The translations under genes and the position numbers were made by a program. Below are positions 10,845 to 21,940 of a DNA stretch of 33,704 nt, piece by piece (positions within the stretch are counted from its first letter, which is position 1; the number at the start of each line of letters is the position of its first letter). The notes beneath the pieces were generated by a model. That model saw only the letters and a program-made list of their open reading frames with translations. It ran no database searches and was not told the origin of the DNA. The stretch comes from Trichosphaerium sp. ATCC 40318. Its lineage: Eukaryota; Protista; Tubulinea. The stretch covers positions 1-33,704 of the forward strand of contig JALMLS010000465.1 in the NCBI GenBank assembly GCA_038496445.1, written 5' to 3'.

Positions 10845-13838
10845 TTAGCATGTCAAAATTGCTTTTTTAGTAGCCATCAAAAGAGTGCCTTGTAAAAGCC
10901 GTGGAGCTTCTTTTGGATGCAGTAGGCGTCTTTGGTGTATTTTATTTAGTTGAAGCCAAGCATCAGTTGTAGATGCATCTGTAGAAGGTACCTCAGCAGT
11001 TGATGAAGCACTTGAAGGTACTATTGTAGTTGCCTCCGTAAATAAAGTTAGTTCTAGAAAGTAAAGTAGGAAGTACCATTTATTGAGCCTTTGTAGTTGG
11101 AGATTTAGTAGGAGCTTCAGTTGTAGGAGCATCTGTAATTGGTGCTACTGTGGTTGGCACTCTGTTGTTGGAGCTTTGGTTGTTGGTTCTAATACTGTTA
11201 AGTTGAAAAAGATGATAGTAATGTCCTATTAATCACTCAAGTACCATTGTAGTTGAGGCTTCCATTGTAAGAGCTACTATAGTTGGTGCTACTTGTAGGA
11301 GCTTCAGTTGTTGGAACCTCTGTGTTCAGTGCCTCCGTTGTTGGCGCAGCAGTTGTAGGAACCTCTGTGGTTGGAGCCTCTGTTGTTGGCGCATCAGTTG
11401 TAGGCGATTCTGTAGTTGGTGCATCTACAAAGAAAGTTAGTTGCTTTAGAAAGTAAAATACAAAGTACCACTTGTTGGCGCTACAGTTGTAGGTGCTTCA
11501 GTAGTTGGAGCTTCAGTTGTTGGCACTTAAGTTGTTGGTGCTACAGTTGTAGGAGCCTCTGTAGTTGGTGCTTCAGTAGTTGGAGCGTCAGTAGTAGGTG
11601 TTTCAGTTGTAGGAGCATCAGTAGTTGGTGCTTCAGTCGTTGGAGGTTCTGTAGTTGGAGCGTTAGTTGTAGGAGCCTCTGTAGTTGGAGCGTCAGTTGT
11701 TGGCGCATCAGTTGTAGGCGATTCTGTAGTTGGTGCATCTACAAAGAAAGTTAGTTGCTTTAGAAAGTAAAATACAAAGTACCACTTGTTGGTGCTACCG
11801 TTGTAGGTGCTTCTGTAGTTGGAGCCTCAGTCGTTGGTGCTTCTGTTGTTGGAGCTTCAGTTGTTGGGGCTTTTGTTGTTGGAGCATCTGTCATTGGTGC
11901 ATCAGTTGTTGGTGCATCTGTAGTAGGCGCTACAGTGGTTGGAGCCTCAGTTGTTGGAGCCTCAGTTGTTGGTGCATCTGTGGTTGGAGCTTTAGTCGTA
12001 GGAGCTACTGTAGTTGGTACCTCAGTCGTGGGAACCTCCGTAGTAGGCGCCAATGTAGGTGCTACAGTTGTAGGAGCTTCAGTGGTAGGGGCTTCAGTTG
12101 TAGGTGCTACAGTTGTAGGTGCTTCAGTTATTGGAGCGTCAGTTGTTGGAGCCTCAGTAATTGGCGCCGATGTTGTTGGAACCTCTGTAGTTGGTGCTTC
12201 TGTCGTTGGAGCCTCGGTTGTAGCCGCATCCGTGGTAGGAGCAGCAGTAGTTGGAGCTTCAGTCGTTGGGGCTTCGGTTGTTGGTGCATTCATTGTTGGT
12301 GCCTCAGTTGTACGCGCCTCTGTGGTAGGAGCTTCGGTTGTAGGAGCTCCTGTAGTTGGAGCTCCGTAGTAGGGGCTTCAGTAGTAGGCGCTACAGTTGT
12401 AGGAGCATCTGTAATTGGTGCTACTGTGGTTGGCACATCTGTTGTTGGAGCTTTGGTTGTTGGTTCTAATACTGTTAAGTTGAAAAAGATGATAGTAATG
12501 TCCAATTAATCACTAAAGTACCATTGTAGTTGAGGCTTCCGTTGTAAGAGCTATAGTCGGTGCTCACTTGTAGGAGCGTCAGTTGTTGGGGCCTTTGTTG
12601 TTGGAGCATCTGTTGTAGGCAGATTAGGTGGTTGGAGCATCTGTAGTTGGAGTTCAATAGTAGGCGCTACAGTCGTAGGGGCTTTGGTGGTTGGAGAAGC
12701 TGTAGTTGGTGCTTTGATTGTTGTTGCTTCAGTGGTTGGAGCGCTTGTAGTAGGTCATCAGTAAGTTGGCACAGCTATCATAGTTGGAAAAAGGTAAAAA
12801 TAATATCGATCAAGTATCAGTTGTTGGTGCATCTGTGGTTGGTGCTTCAGTGGTAGGAGCGTTTGTTGTTGGAGCATCTGTTATTGGAGCAGCCATTGTA
12901 GGAGCCTCAGTTGTTGGTTCATCTGTTGTAGCAACAGTTGTTGGAGCCTCTGTAGTCGGTGCTTCAGTTGTTGTCGGAGTAGCTGGTGTAGGTGCTTCTA
13001 CAAATAAAGTAAGTTCCCATAGAAAGTAAACAAAGTACCAGTTATTGGCACTACATTGTAGGTGCTTTTGTTGGTGCCTCAGTCGTAAGTGTATCTGTAG
13101 TAGGTGTTACTGTGGTTGGTGCAGCTTTTGTTGACCCCTTGGTTGTTGGAGTGCCAGCAGTTGGCGCTTTCGCTGCCTCTGTTGTCAGTGCATCAGTGGT
13201 TCTATAGTTTATTGTCTCAGTTGTTGGTGCGTCTGTAGTAGGTGCTACAGTGGTAGGAGCATCAGTTGTTGGTGTGGCTGTGGTAGGGCTGCAGTTGTAG
13301 GTGTAGTTGGTGCATCTATCACAGTTAGAAAGAAAGCTAAAAACAATATCAAGCAAGTACCAGTTAGGTTGGTGCATCTGTAGTTGGAGCGTGTTCTTGA
13401 CACATCTGTAGTTGGAGCGCCTGTTGTTGGTGCATCTGTAGTTGGAGCGCCGGTTGTTGGAGGAACGGTTGTGTTGGCTGATTGCAATGGAGTAGCGGTT
13501 GTTGGGGGAACGGTTGAGTTGCTTGGTTTTGATGGAGTAGCGGTAGTTGGAGGAACAGTTGTTGTGTTTTCTACAAAACGCTTAGTAGCTGTAGGAGACT
13601 CGGTTGTTGGTGGTTCACTTGATGGTGGGGCAGTGGTTGGAGCATCTGTTGTTGGCGCATCTGTAGTTGGAGCGCCTGTTGTTGGCGCAGCTGTAGTTGG
13701 AGCGCCTGTTGTTGGTGCATCTGTAGTTGGAGTGCCTGTTGTTGGCGCATCTGTAGTTGGAGCGCCTGTTGTTGGTGCATCTGTTGTTGGTGCAACAGTT
13801 GGCTGTGAAGCAGTGGTTGGTGAGCTTGTAAAAGGTTT
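10845..13838 (-). repeat. Mucin-like (TTEAP/TTDAP)n 15-bp tandem array arranged as duplicated exon-intron modules, partly degenerate
   Basis: 15-bp unit (e.g. GGAGCCTCAGTTGTT on +) encodes TTEAP on the minus strand. Related ~45-50 bp GTAC...AG introns recur near 11037, 11194, 11426, 11739, 12472, 12776, 12998 and 13316. Several frameshifts (e.g. ~12367, ~13290). Confidence 0.85.
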
Positions 13839-13866
13839 CTGTGACAGAAGTTAAGACAACGTATCA

Positions 13867-16800
13867 TCAGCAGTGATCCTTCTGTCTTGAAACTTTTTTT
13901 GTTGGCCTTTGTACTTGGTGCCTCAGTTTTAACAGTGTACGTTTTACAACAAGCCTTGGAAGTTTAGTTGGCCCTTTTATAGTTGTAGCTATAGGTGTTT
14001 CAGATATTGGAAAGTTGGTTGCCAATGAGCGATGTCTTTTTAACGGCTTACAAGATAACTTTTTGTTAAAACCTATTGTTGGTCAGCAAAACAAGATGTG
14101 AGGTTTAAAAAATAGATTACTTACCTACAGCATCTCCACTTTGACTGTTTCGTTTTCTTTTCTTACCTGTGACAGCGTGTAATATTTTCTTGCTATCTTC
14201 CCACTTTTTATGTGCTGTTGTCCTTTTTTGCCACATACATTGAGTGCATGTGGCATGTCGCTCACGAATGCAAAACGGCTTGTTTGAGCCCAACAAAATT
14301 GTAGCAACCATTTGCATGTATTGGCTATATGAAGTGATACTACTCTTGTTCAACATGGTGTACCAACAAAAAGAAGATGCCATAAAAAGATCACTAGAAA
14401 ATGTAAACAACAAATTATTACTACCATAATGTACAAATATGCTGCCAATAGTGCTGTCGTCCAGCGAGTGTCTTTAATGGTATGTATTCTTTTATATTTG
14501 AGCACACTACTTATAAATTAAAAACTGATGAGCTATCTTAGTACGTACAATCTATTAAATAAATCACAAGCATTTTTCAAATCTGAATACAAGTTAACTG
14601 GTTCAGGTTTTGATACTTCTTGTGACTTAGACTGAACTTCTTTTACTGTTGCTTTGACATTGGGATCTCCAATATTAGATACATACGGCACATACGCTTT
14701 TATATCTTTAAATAAACCCACACAAACTGGAGAGTGTTGGCTCAAAGTGTTTTCGTCATATACCCATGCATGTGCACCCACATTTTTGTTAGGTAGCAAC
14801 TTTCAAATAGTTAGTCGTTACACATATTGGAGTTTACCTTTTTTAAATGAGAAACCATATGTGGTGCTTTTTTGGAACTCATCAACCCAACAAACTTGAA
14901 GCGATGATCTGGATTCAGCTTTGCAATTGTGGGTGTTGTATAATATGAATCAGTTGCTATTACGATTTGGTTTTTTGGATATTTCTGTAGTATAGCTGAG
15001 GCAATATAATGAGCCATATATGATGGAGGCATGGTGCTTTCTCCAAATCTGACTTCTAAAATCCAAGGCCAAACATCTTTTTTGTTCTAGCTTTCATTAG
15101 TGGTTTAATAATGGTGAGATTTACCTTAAAACAAAACTCAAACACCCAAAACCCTTCCTTAACTGGTTTGCGTGAACAATAGCATGTGAACCACACCTCT
15201 ACAACAGTTACCATAAAAACAATGTGATTGCTACCGCACTTGCTCCTGGAAGCACAGTTTCATCTAAGCATCCCAGTTTTCCAGGTTTGAAATACTGTTG
15301 TATTGTTTTGTTTAAAGTCTCAAACCTGTGTTAATTGTAATACAAAATATACTACTTACTTTTGGACTGAAAGAGGTAGATAATCAATTTGTTTGGTAAG
15401 TTCTTGCCATTGCTCCATAGTACAACTTGTTTTAATGGCTTTAAATGGATAAGTTATAACGCCAACAACATGTACATACCAGTATTACCAAACAATGGAT
15501 TATTGCTCCAGTAGTTCTTAAGTTTTTGTTGTGGAGACAGTTTCATGACTAACAGCACACCAAAATAGTATCTTACTAAATCAATTGTCCATGTTCCTGC
15601 ACATGTCCATTTGTGATGTGAAGAGTTTTGTTTAGTGTGAGTGTATTCTGCAATGTCAACTTTAGCTAGCAAAGACTGTAATGATGCCGTTCCACACTTT
15701 TTTGCTGCTTTTTCAAGTCTAGCTTTAGTCTTTTTAAAAGTGCTTTCATACCAGGATGTCTGTTTAATACCTGGACAAGTTAAAAAAGTACTAATGCAAT
15801 AAAAGTCACCTGGATACAACTTGACTGCTTCACATTGGTTTTTATGAGTGTCAATTATAATGTCACGTTTTTTAAGCAAACTGTATAAACGCCTGTTGTT
15901 ATCGTCAAGAGTTTTATAGCCTTGAATATTGTTTAAAAAAAGCTTTCTACACAGCACAAGTACCTTTGTTTGAATAGTCCAAAACCATTGTGAATAGTGG
16001 AGTAAACCAGTGATGTATAGCTTCTTGTATTGTTGGTGGAGTCGTTTTATCCCATGATGTATATGTAGCACTGTTATTGACATTAAGAAGAGTATTTGTT
16101 GAAATGTGTTTCAAAGCTTCTAATCCAATTTGTCTTTGAGTAATGTTGTCTCTGCCAGGCTTCCAGTTCTAACATTTGTTAACAAAGTACATTGTGTATT
16201 GGTTGAGGTTACCCCGTCAGCTATGTACTTTTGCACTAGCCACTGTTGTTTAGCAACTTTGTATCCATCAAGTTTTTTAGCAGAACATTCCCACAAAACA
16301 CCTCCGAGAACCCTTTTTTGTGTTTACTGCTGCTTCAAGAAACCACTTGCGATTGCCATTTTTGTTTCTTTCTGCTTCTGTCGCTGTTTGTTTGTTCAAT
16401 ATTTGAACAATTTGAACACCTGCATTTGGCCCAAAAGCTTCTATATTCCGTGGCAATTCCATTTGATTTTGGGAAGTAAATGCCAACTCAACACTATTGT
16501 CAGACACATCTGATTGAATACTCCCGTCACTATCAGCGCCACTATCAGTGTCACTGAAGATATAGTCACTGTTTGATGTTAGTAAGCAATGGAACAACAT
16601 TTACATACCTGAAACTGTCACTTTCACTTATCAGGTCAATTTGTATTACTTGCCTCTCTGGGCGCAATTTGTACGGGTCTTTACATGATACGGTGTGTTG
16701 TGATCCTCTGTAGACAACCACCTGTACTTTCCACATATTATTGTGGGCGCTAGAGGCATTTCCTTTCAATGTGTTAGTTAAAAGCTTTGAATATAGCGTA

Positions 16801-17814
16801 CAAGGATTAGATTCCACAGGAAGTGATGTCATACAATCAATAAACCACCAAGTTCCATTGTTATTCACATATGTAGTGAAATGTGGATGCGGTTTAGGCT
16901 GCCACATCAAAATGTAAGCTGCCTCCCAAGTTCTGTTTATGTAAGTGCAAACGCTAACTGTCTTTACATACCTTCCATGGAGCTTTAAAGTCTTAGGTAA
17001 TTTGGCCATGTCCTGAACAACATTGGGGTTTGGATACACTGTAATCAAAGCCGGTAATGTCACACTCTTTATCAAATTAGGTTGCTTTCAAAATAATATA
17101 AAGTTACATACCTCAACAGCCTTAAACCCTCCCTCACTGCAAGTCCGACAGTTGTTTGAAACTGAAAGACGTTTATTCAGCCAGTTGCATATTTTTGCTT
17201 CAATATCTTGCTCTCCAAAAATGCACAACTGATGCGACACTCTGTAATCTGGATGTGTCAGAAGCACGGATGACAATAGTTTATTATGCTCACCTTCACA
17301 TTTGCAACCGCTGTTATAGTTAGAAAATGCATGAAATGAAACACAAACACTTCTAACATAGCTGTGAATTTCACGGACACTACAATCAGGGCTATATTTT
17401 CCACAGCGATGCTCCTCATAGTTATGTTCTATTTTCTTCCTCCTCTTTGGATATTTTGTGTAGCAATGCTGTAAAAACAACTGAATAAATGTGTTTCTAC
17501 TCCCATCTATGTTGTTAGATGTGAGTACTGTCGGGTTGTTGGGAATCACCTAAACTTTCTTAGTACTTGTGTATAGAACAACACATACGCAAATATCACT
17601 AACAGACTGTAAACCAGTGAAAACAGCATCCCAGGGACAGCTGTGATTATTCCAACATGCGTGGGGTTTCAAGTTTCCTACGACTACATTAGCATGTTTG
17701 GGTTTCTTCAAACAGAAAATCACGTGATTGAAATTGAAGAAAAAAAAAAGAGTTCTAGCCACGACAAGAGCTTGTCTTGCTGCGCACAGATATCAAATCT
17801 ACACTACGCACCAT
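13867..17814 (-). CDS. Intron-rich piggyBac-like DDD transposase with an N-terminal USP/peptidase-C19-like cysteine protease domain
   Basis: Spliced translation gives CWNNHSCPWDAVF (Cys 17637-17639), CKC and CRTC cysteines, LPKTLKLHG, HFTTYVNNNGTWWFID (His 16881, Asp 16836), VQVVVYR, then an acidic linker. The piggyBac motifs follow: YFGVLLVM...NYWS, PGKLGCLDET (D 15262), RKP.K.G, IATDSYYT (D 14949), KP..VNLYSDLKNACDLFN (D 14563), RW...D...S...Y. The start exon and one junction near 16240-16330 are uncertain. Confidence 0.75.
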
Positions 17815-18829
17815 TTGCGTATGCTTCTTCTATTTAACCTGTGTTGGGTGAAAAAACTATCGCAAATAAATACAACAGCGCTATTAACGCCTGGTAGGTG
17901 CTTTTAAAGCAGGTTGAGGCTGTACTTAATTATTGCTGTATTAAAACATACCGTAAGTATCGTAGCGTGCGCTCATTGCCAAAGATGTAATAATTACTCG
18001 TTCGCGTGGAGAATTATGTTATTTACTCTACAGTGCACAAAAAAAATATGAGTTTTCGGACTTTTACAGAAAACCCTACAACACAATGTGGCCATCTGTT
18101 TAACCTCAAACCGTTCTGTATAGCATCACATTGTGTAAAAATATTCATTGAGACAGTGTGGGGCTCAAAAAAGGACTTGTAGCCTATTCAGTGCACAGAG
18201 ATATTTGAGTAATTACGAAACAGTATCTAAAAAAAGAAGTTCTCGTTTCGTTGCACGCTTTTAGATACAAAACTTGTCCAATGTGGTTTCCACGTGTGTA
18301 AATAGCTATCACAGGCCTTTGGGAGCGTTTTGAAATGTGCATTATCCATATTTGAGTATTTAAAATAGAATTTTCAGTGAAGTAACCTTCTAGAAGCTTC
18401 TATTAATACCACAATTTATTTTTGTGTAGTTTTTATGGGTATAAAAAGAAACGAAAATATTCTCGATATCAGATGGAAGTAGTTCTCCACAGCTAGTTTC
18501 GGTTTGACTAACCGAAGCGACTCACATAAACCCCTCTTAAACCTTTCGTAGTGGCTGACGAAAGTAGACACATAATGGTCGGTCTTTAAAACCAATAAAA
18601 AATCCAAAAAAAAAAAAAAAAAGTAACAAATCTATTAGCGGCTTCCGTGATCTTAAAGTATCGGTGAACATAGAAGTTACTTGGTACCCAAAAAAAAAAA
18701 GAATTCTCAAAAACAACCAGCGGCCTTACCTAGGAAGTGCATCTGAATGAAAACAAATAAAAATACCGTGTCCTCACCTAGGGAGGATACTTTTGTTTTT
18801 GTTACATAGAAAACGTATCTCTAAGTACT

Positions 18830-19510
18830 CGGATATTATTAAAGCAGTAGCTACAAAGGGGTATTGGTGTTGTCTGGTCATGTAAGGTACTTCACATGAG
18901 CATAATGTGCAACTCTACCACAGCCATAGAAGCTCTTATACTAAACAACTTAAAACCACTATACCAAGTACAGACGGTAAGTAATCGAATACAAGGAAAT
19001 TGCTTTTTTTGGGTAATTGTTCTTAGGCTGTACAATGATGCATTGGCTTGCATCAAGGGCAAACACAATCACTTGGAAATTCTTCTTAAAAACAAATTCG
19101 AAACAAGTGTTACTATGAAGACGGTCAAACACCACTTCACTGCGCGTCGCCATGGACACTCGAAATCAATTGAATTGCTTTTTGATCAAATTAACAATGA
19201 CTTAGTTCTTGTTTGCCGGTACTTAACTTCCTTTTGTGCTCGACTGTTAACTCTTTAATGAGTTTTAAAGGGACTCTAAGGGAGATAAACCTCTACATAA
19301 GTTAGAAGAGCAAACTAGATGATGAGGCTATCAATAACGTACTCTAGAAACTTGACAACGAAGCGATTAAGTCAATTCTGGTTCCGAACGATAAAGGAAA
19401 AATACCATTCTTGGATAAGCCCGACAGTATAAAAGCTTTGGAGCTAGCCATACAACCAATACCTAACAATAAGCCTTGCCTAGAGATTCAACTTGCTCAG
19501 GTACCTTTAA
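18830..19510 (+). pseudogene. Ankyrin-repeat pseudogene
   Basis: ALACIKGKHNHLEILL followed, across two frameshifts, by EDGQTPLHCA/RHGHSKSIELL, a canonical ANK motif. In-frame stops upstream. Confidence 0.6.
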
Positions 19511-20093
19511 AATGAGCAAAAACTATGAAGTCGAAACGTTCTAAACCAATGCTTGCATAGACATTCACTTGGAAGTTGGTGTTTACAACGTTAGTAATCA
19601 CGTGCTTTTCATTCATTTTTTGACAGTATAAAAGGTATTTTATGGCGTTTGATAAGTGAGAGATAGTTGTTTAAGTACAGTAGAGAGAATTTTATTAAGC
19701 AGTTCCACTTCTTGTATACACGCACACATGCGTGGGGATCATGTTTTAATTGTTTTTATTGTGCTTTTTTGACTTTGAACGTCAAAAAAAAATCAACTCT
19801 GATTCTGCATAAAAAAAATTTATTTTTGCGGAGAAGATTTTAAAATACTATTTTCTCCTCCTGTTATGCCTTTTCAATGTTGATACCACTATCGTATGTC
19901 TCACTTGGAATGTTGTGTCTGTTGTGAATACCTAAGGGCTGCTACAGGCTTTTGAGTCACAGTACAATTAAAAAATACCCAATAGCACATGGGAAGCTTT
20001 CTTTGCTTGTTAGACATGCATAGCACACGGCTAAAAGCATTTGCGTGCAGTCATTGTGTGAATGAAAATGCAGTTGTGTTAAAGGTACGTTCA

Positions 20094-20182
20094 AAACCAT
20101 TAAACGGCAGCCATAATGCGTCAAATATTATAACACATTAATGACTACCCGTTCTGAGAGTATGGCTGCCGTTTTATGGTTT
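20094..20182. repeat. 22-bp inverted repeat with 45-bp spacer
   Basis: AAACCATTAAACGGCAGCCATA (20094-20115) vs TATGGCTGCCGTTTTATGGTTT (20161-20182): 21/22 complementary. Confidence 0.8.
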
Positions 20183-21134
20183 GTCTTTGAGATTTCGCCT
20201 AAATATCCCATCTCAACTATTTTTTTGTACTACAAAAAGTTATTAATACACTTTCTGAGGTATGCAGGGACAAATTCATGCCTAGTGAACCGTTTATAAA
20301 CTCAAATTAAAAAATACCAAAAATAGTCCATCAAACCACTCAACAATCATGCCCACACAAGGACAGGCGTTTGGGGTTTGAGTGCAATGAACCAATTGAA
20401 GAAGTTGCCGCAGGTCAGCACAAAACATTGTCAAGAATGTCAAAATACCGTCATATGCACGCTTTCATTCAAAAATGGTATGTGGGAGGGTACAGAGTTA
20501 AAGTAACAACGTTTAAAAGTAGTGAACAGCCAAAAAACTTAAAATTTTGGGCAATTGGATAGCGACTTTATTGCTAGCCAAACTCCTTCCAATGATACTA
20601 CAGTGTACACGGCAATTGATTGGAGCTTTTTAGATTACTATTATGGAACAGGGGATGAGACTTTTCGCGTATAATTTGTAAAAATCACATGTAAAAACTT
20701 AAGCAACTCATGGAGATATTGCACAATAATTTTGAACGCTCTAATTATAACAGAATATGCCCGACATATAGTAGATAATGTACAAAAAATAAATTCACGT
20801 TTTTGTTTACTGCTAAGGACTTGGCGATTTTTTTTCCAAATGGGAACTACATAATAAAATTCTCTCTAGTATCGTAAAACAACATCAGCAAGTAGCAGTT
20901 CTATACAATGGCACATTATGATGCAAAAAGTTTTTGTGTTGCTGATTGAATTCTTCAATTTATATATGTAATTTGTTGTATATGTACAAGAGATAACTCC
21001 AATTTAATAAATGGGAAGGGTCTCTGGGTATGTGATCCAGGGATTGAAGCTGAGTGAGACATATTCTGCCTCCAATCTGGTATTGTAGATCAACAAGAAC
21101 ACATGAATCTTATGAGAAATGATTTCTATCTAAG

Positions 21135-21940
21135 TCAAAACGATATCGCTAAATACGATTTGTCACGTATAAATTGACCTTTATCATAAAAATGTACAGT
21201 TCTTAATTCACCATCTTCACTCCAAAATATATCTTCGCCCTGTTTTTGTGGAAAGACTTGTTGTTGTGTACTTACATAAAAGCATTGACGCTTTATTTGA
21301 CCATTCTTATACCAACTTTTTTCTTCACCTTGCTGTTTGTTATCAACATAAAAACACTTGTAAGCCATTTGGCCATTATCATGCCAAGCTATTTTATCAC
21401 CTTCTAGCTTCTGAATTGCTGTACAATTACTAATCGGAGCCTTGCTATAACAAATACTACTTCTTTTGATGCCATTCATGTACCAACTTTTCTCTTCTCC
21501 AACTTTTATGTTGTTCGAGTACAAACACGTGGATTCCATCCTACCATTCCTATACCAACGCTTCTCTTGTCCGTGTCTCTTACTATTGATGTAAAAACAT
21601 TCCATTTTAACCAGACTTTTATGCTCAGCATTCCACAAGTTGCCTTCTCCTTCAATTAGGAAACATTGAATGCGCATTGGACAATTAAAATATTTCCTCC
21701 ATTTACCATGCTTATCAAACGTGCTATTGAATCTTGTAGTTATAGCCATGTGTTTGGATAAAAGAGGAGCCATTTTATGAATACTTCTCCGTCTAAATCG
21801 ATAATATCTAGGTGCAACTCAACGGGGAGGGTTAATAGGCAGTAATCAGCCAACTCTGAGGTATTAATCTACGAGGATGTCGCCGGTTAGTTTATGCTAC
21901 ATAGTACGTTTTAGCCAGCTACCTTTCGTTTTGACGCCAT
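21135..21940 (-). CDS. F-box-like + MORN-variant repeat protein (single short 5' intron)
   Basis: The ORF extends upstream of the listed Met as INTSELADYCLLTLPVELHLDIIDLDGEVFHKMAPLLSK (F-box-like). A 54-bp intron (21869-21922) joins exon 1 MASKRK. MORN repeats of the form GEEKSWYKNGQIKRQCFY follow. Confidence 0.75.

Larger units (their letters stand above)
10417..18360 (-). mobile_element. Putative ~8 kb piggyBac-like element (boundaries approximate)
   Basis: Transposase gene plus shared degenerate motifs on both sides: inverted 18/21 match (10530-10550 vs 18184-18204) and direct 17/19 match (10515-10533 vs 18333-18351). No matched TTAA-flanked TIR pair was found. Confidence 0.4.

Noticed and set aside
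10845-13838. Possible CRISPR-like array (recurring ~45-bp elements separated by variable sequence)
   Set aside because: The recurring elements are spliceosomal introns, the intervening DNA is itself tandem repeat, the context is eukaryotic, and no cas genes are present.
11416-13854. Plus-strand ORFs (VGASV repeats, Cys/Trp/Ser-rich) and Gln/Leu-rich minus-strand ORFs
   Set aside because: These are shadow frames of the 15-bp repeat. Intron polarity (GTAC...AG on minus) shows TTEAP is the coding frame.
15070-15125. Apparent frameshift in the transposase at an A-run
   Set aside because: Using the CTAG acceptor 4 nt downstream of the first AG keeps the frame (FCFK|NKKDVWPW).
9987-20083. TTAA-CAC ... 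GTG-TTAA as candidate piggyBac termini
   Set aside because: Complementarity does not extend beyond 3 bp.
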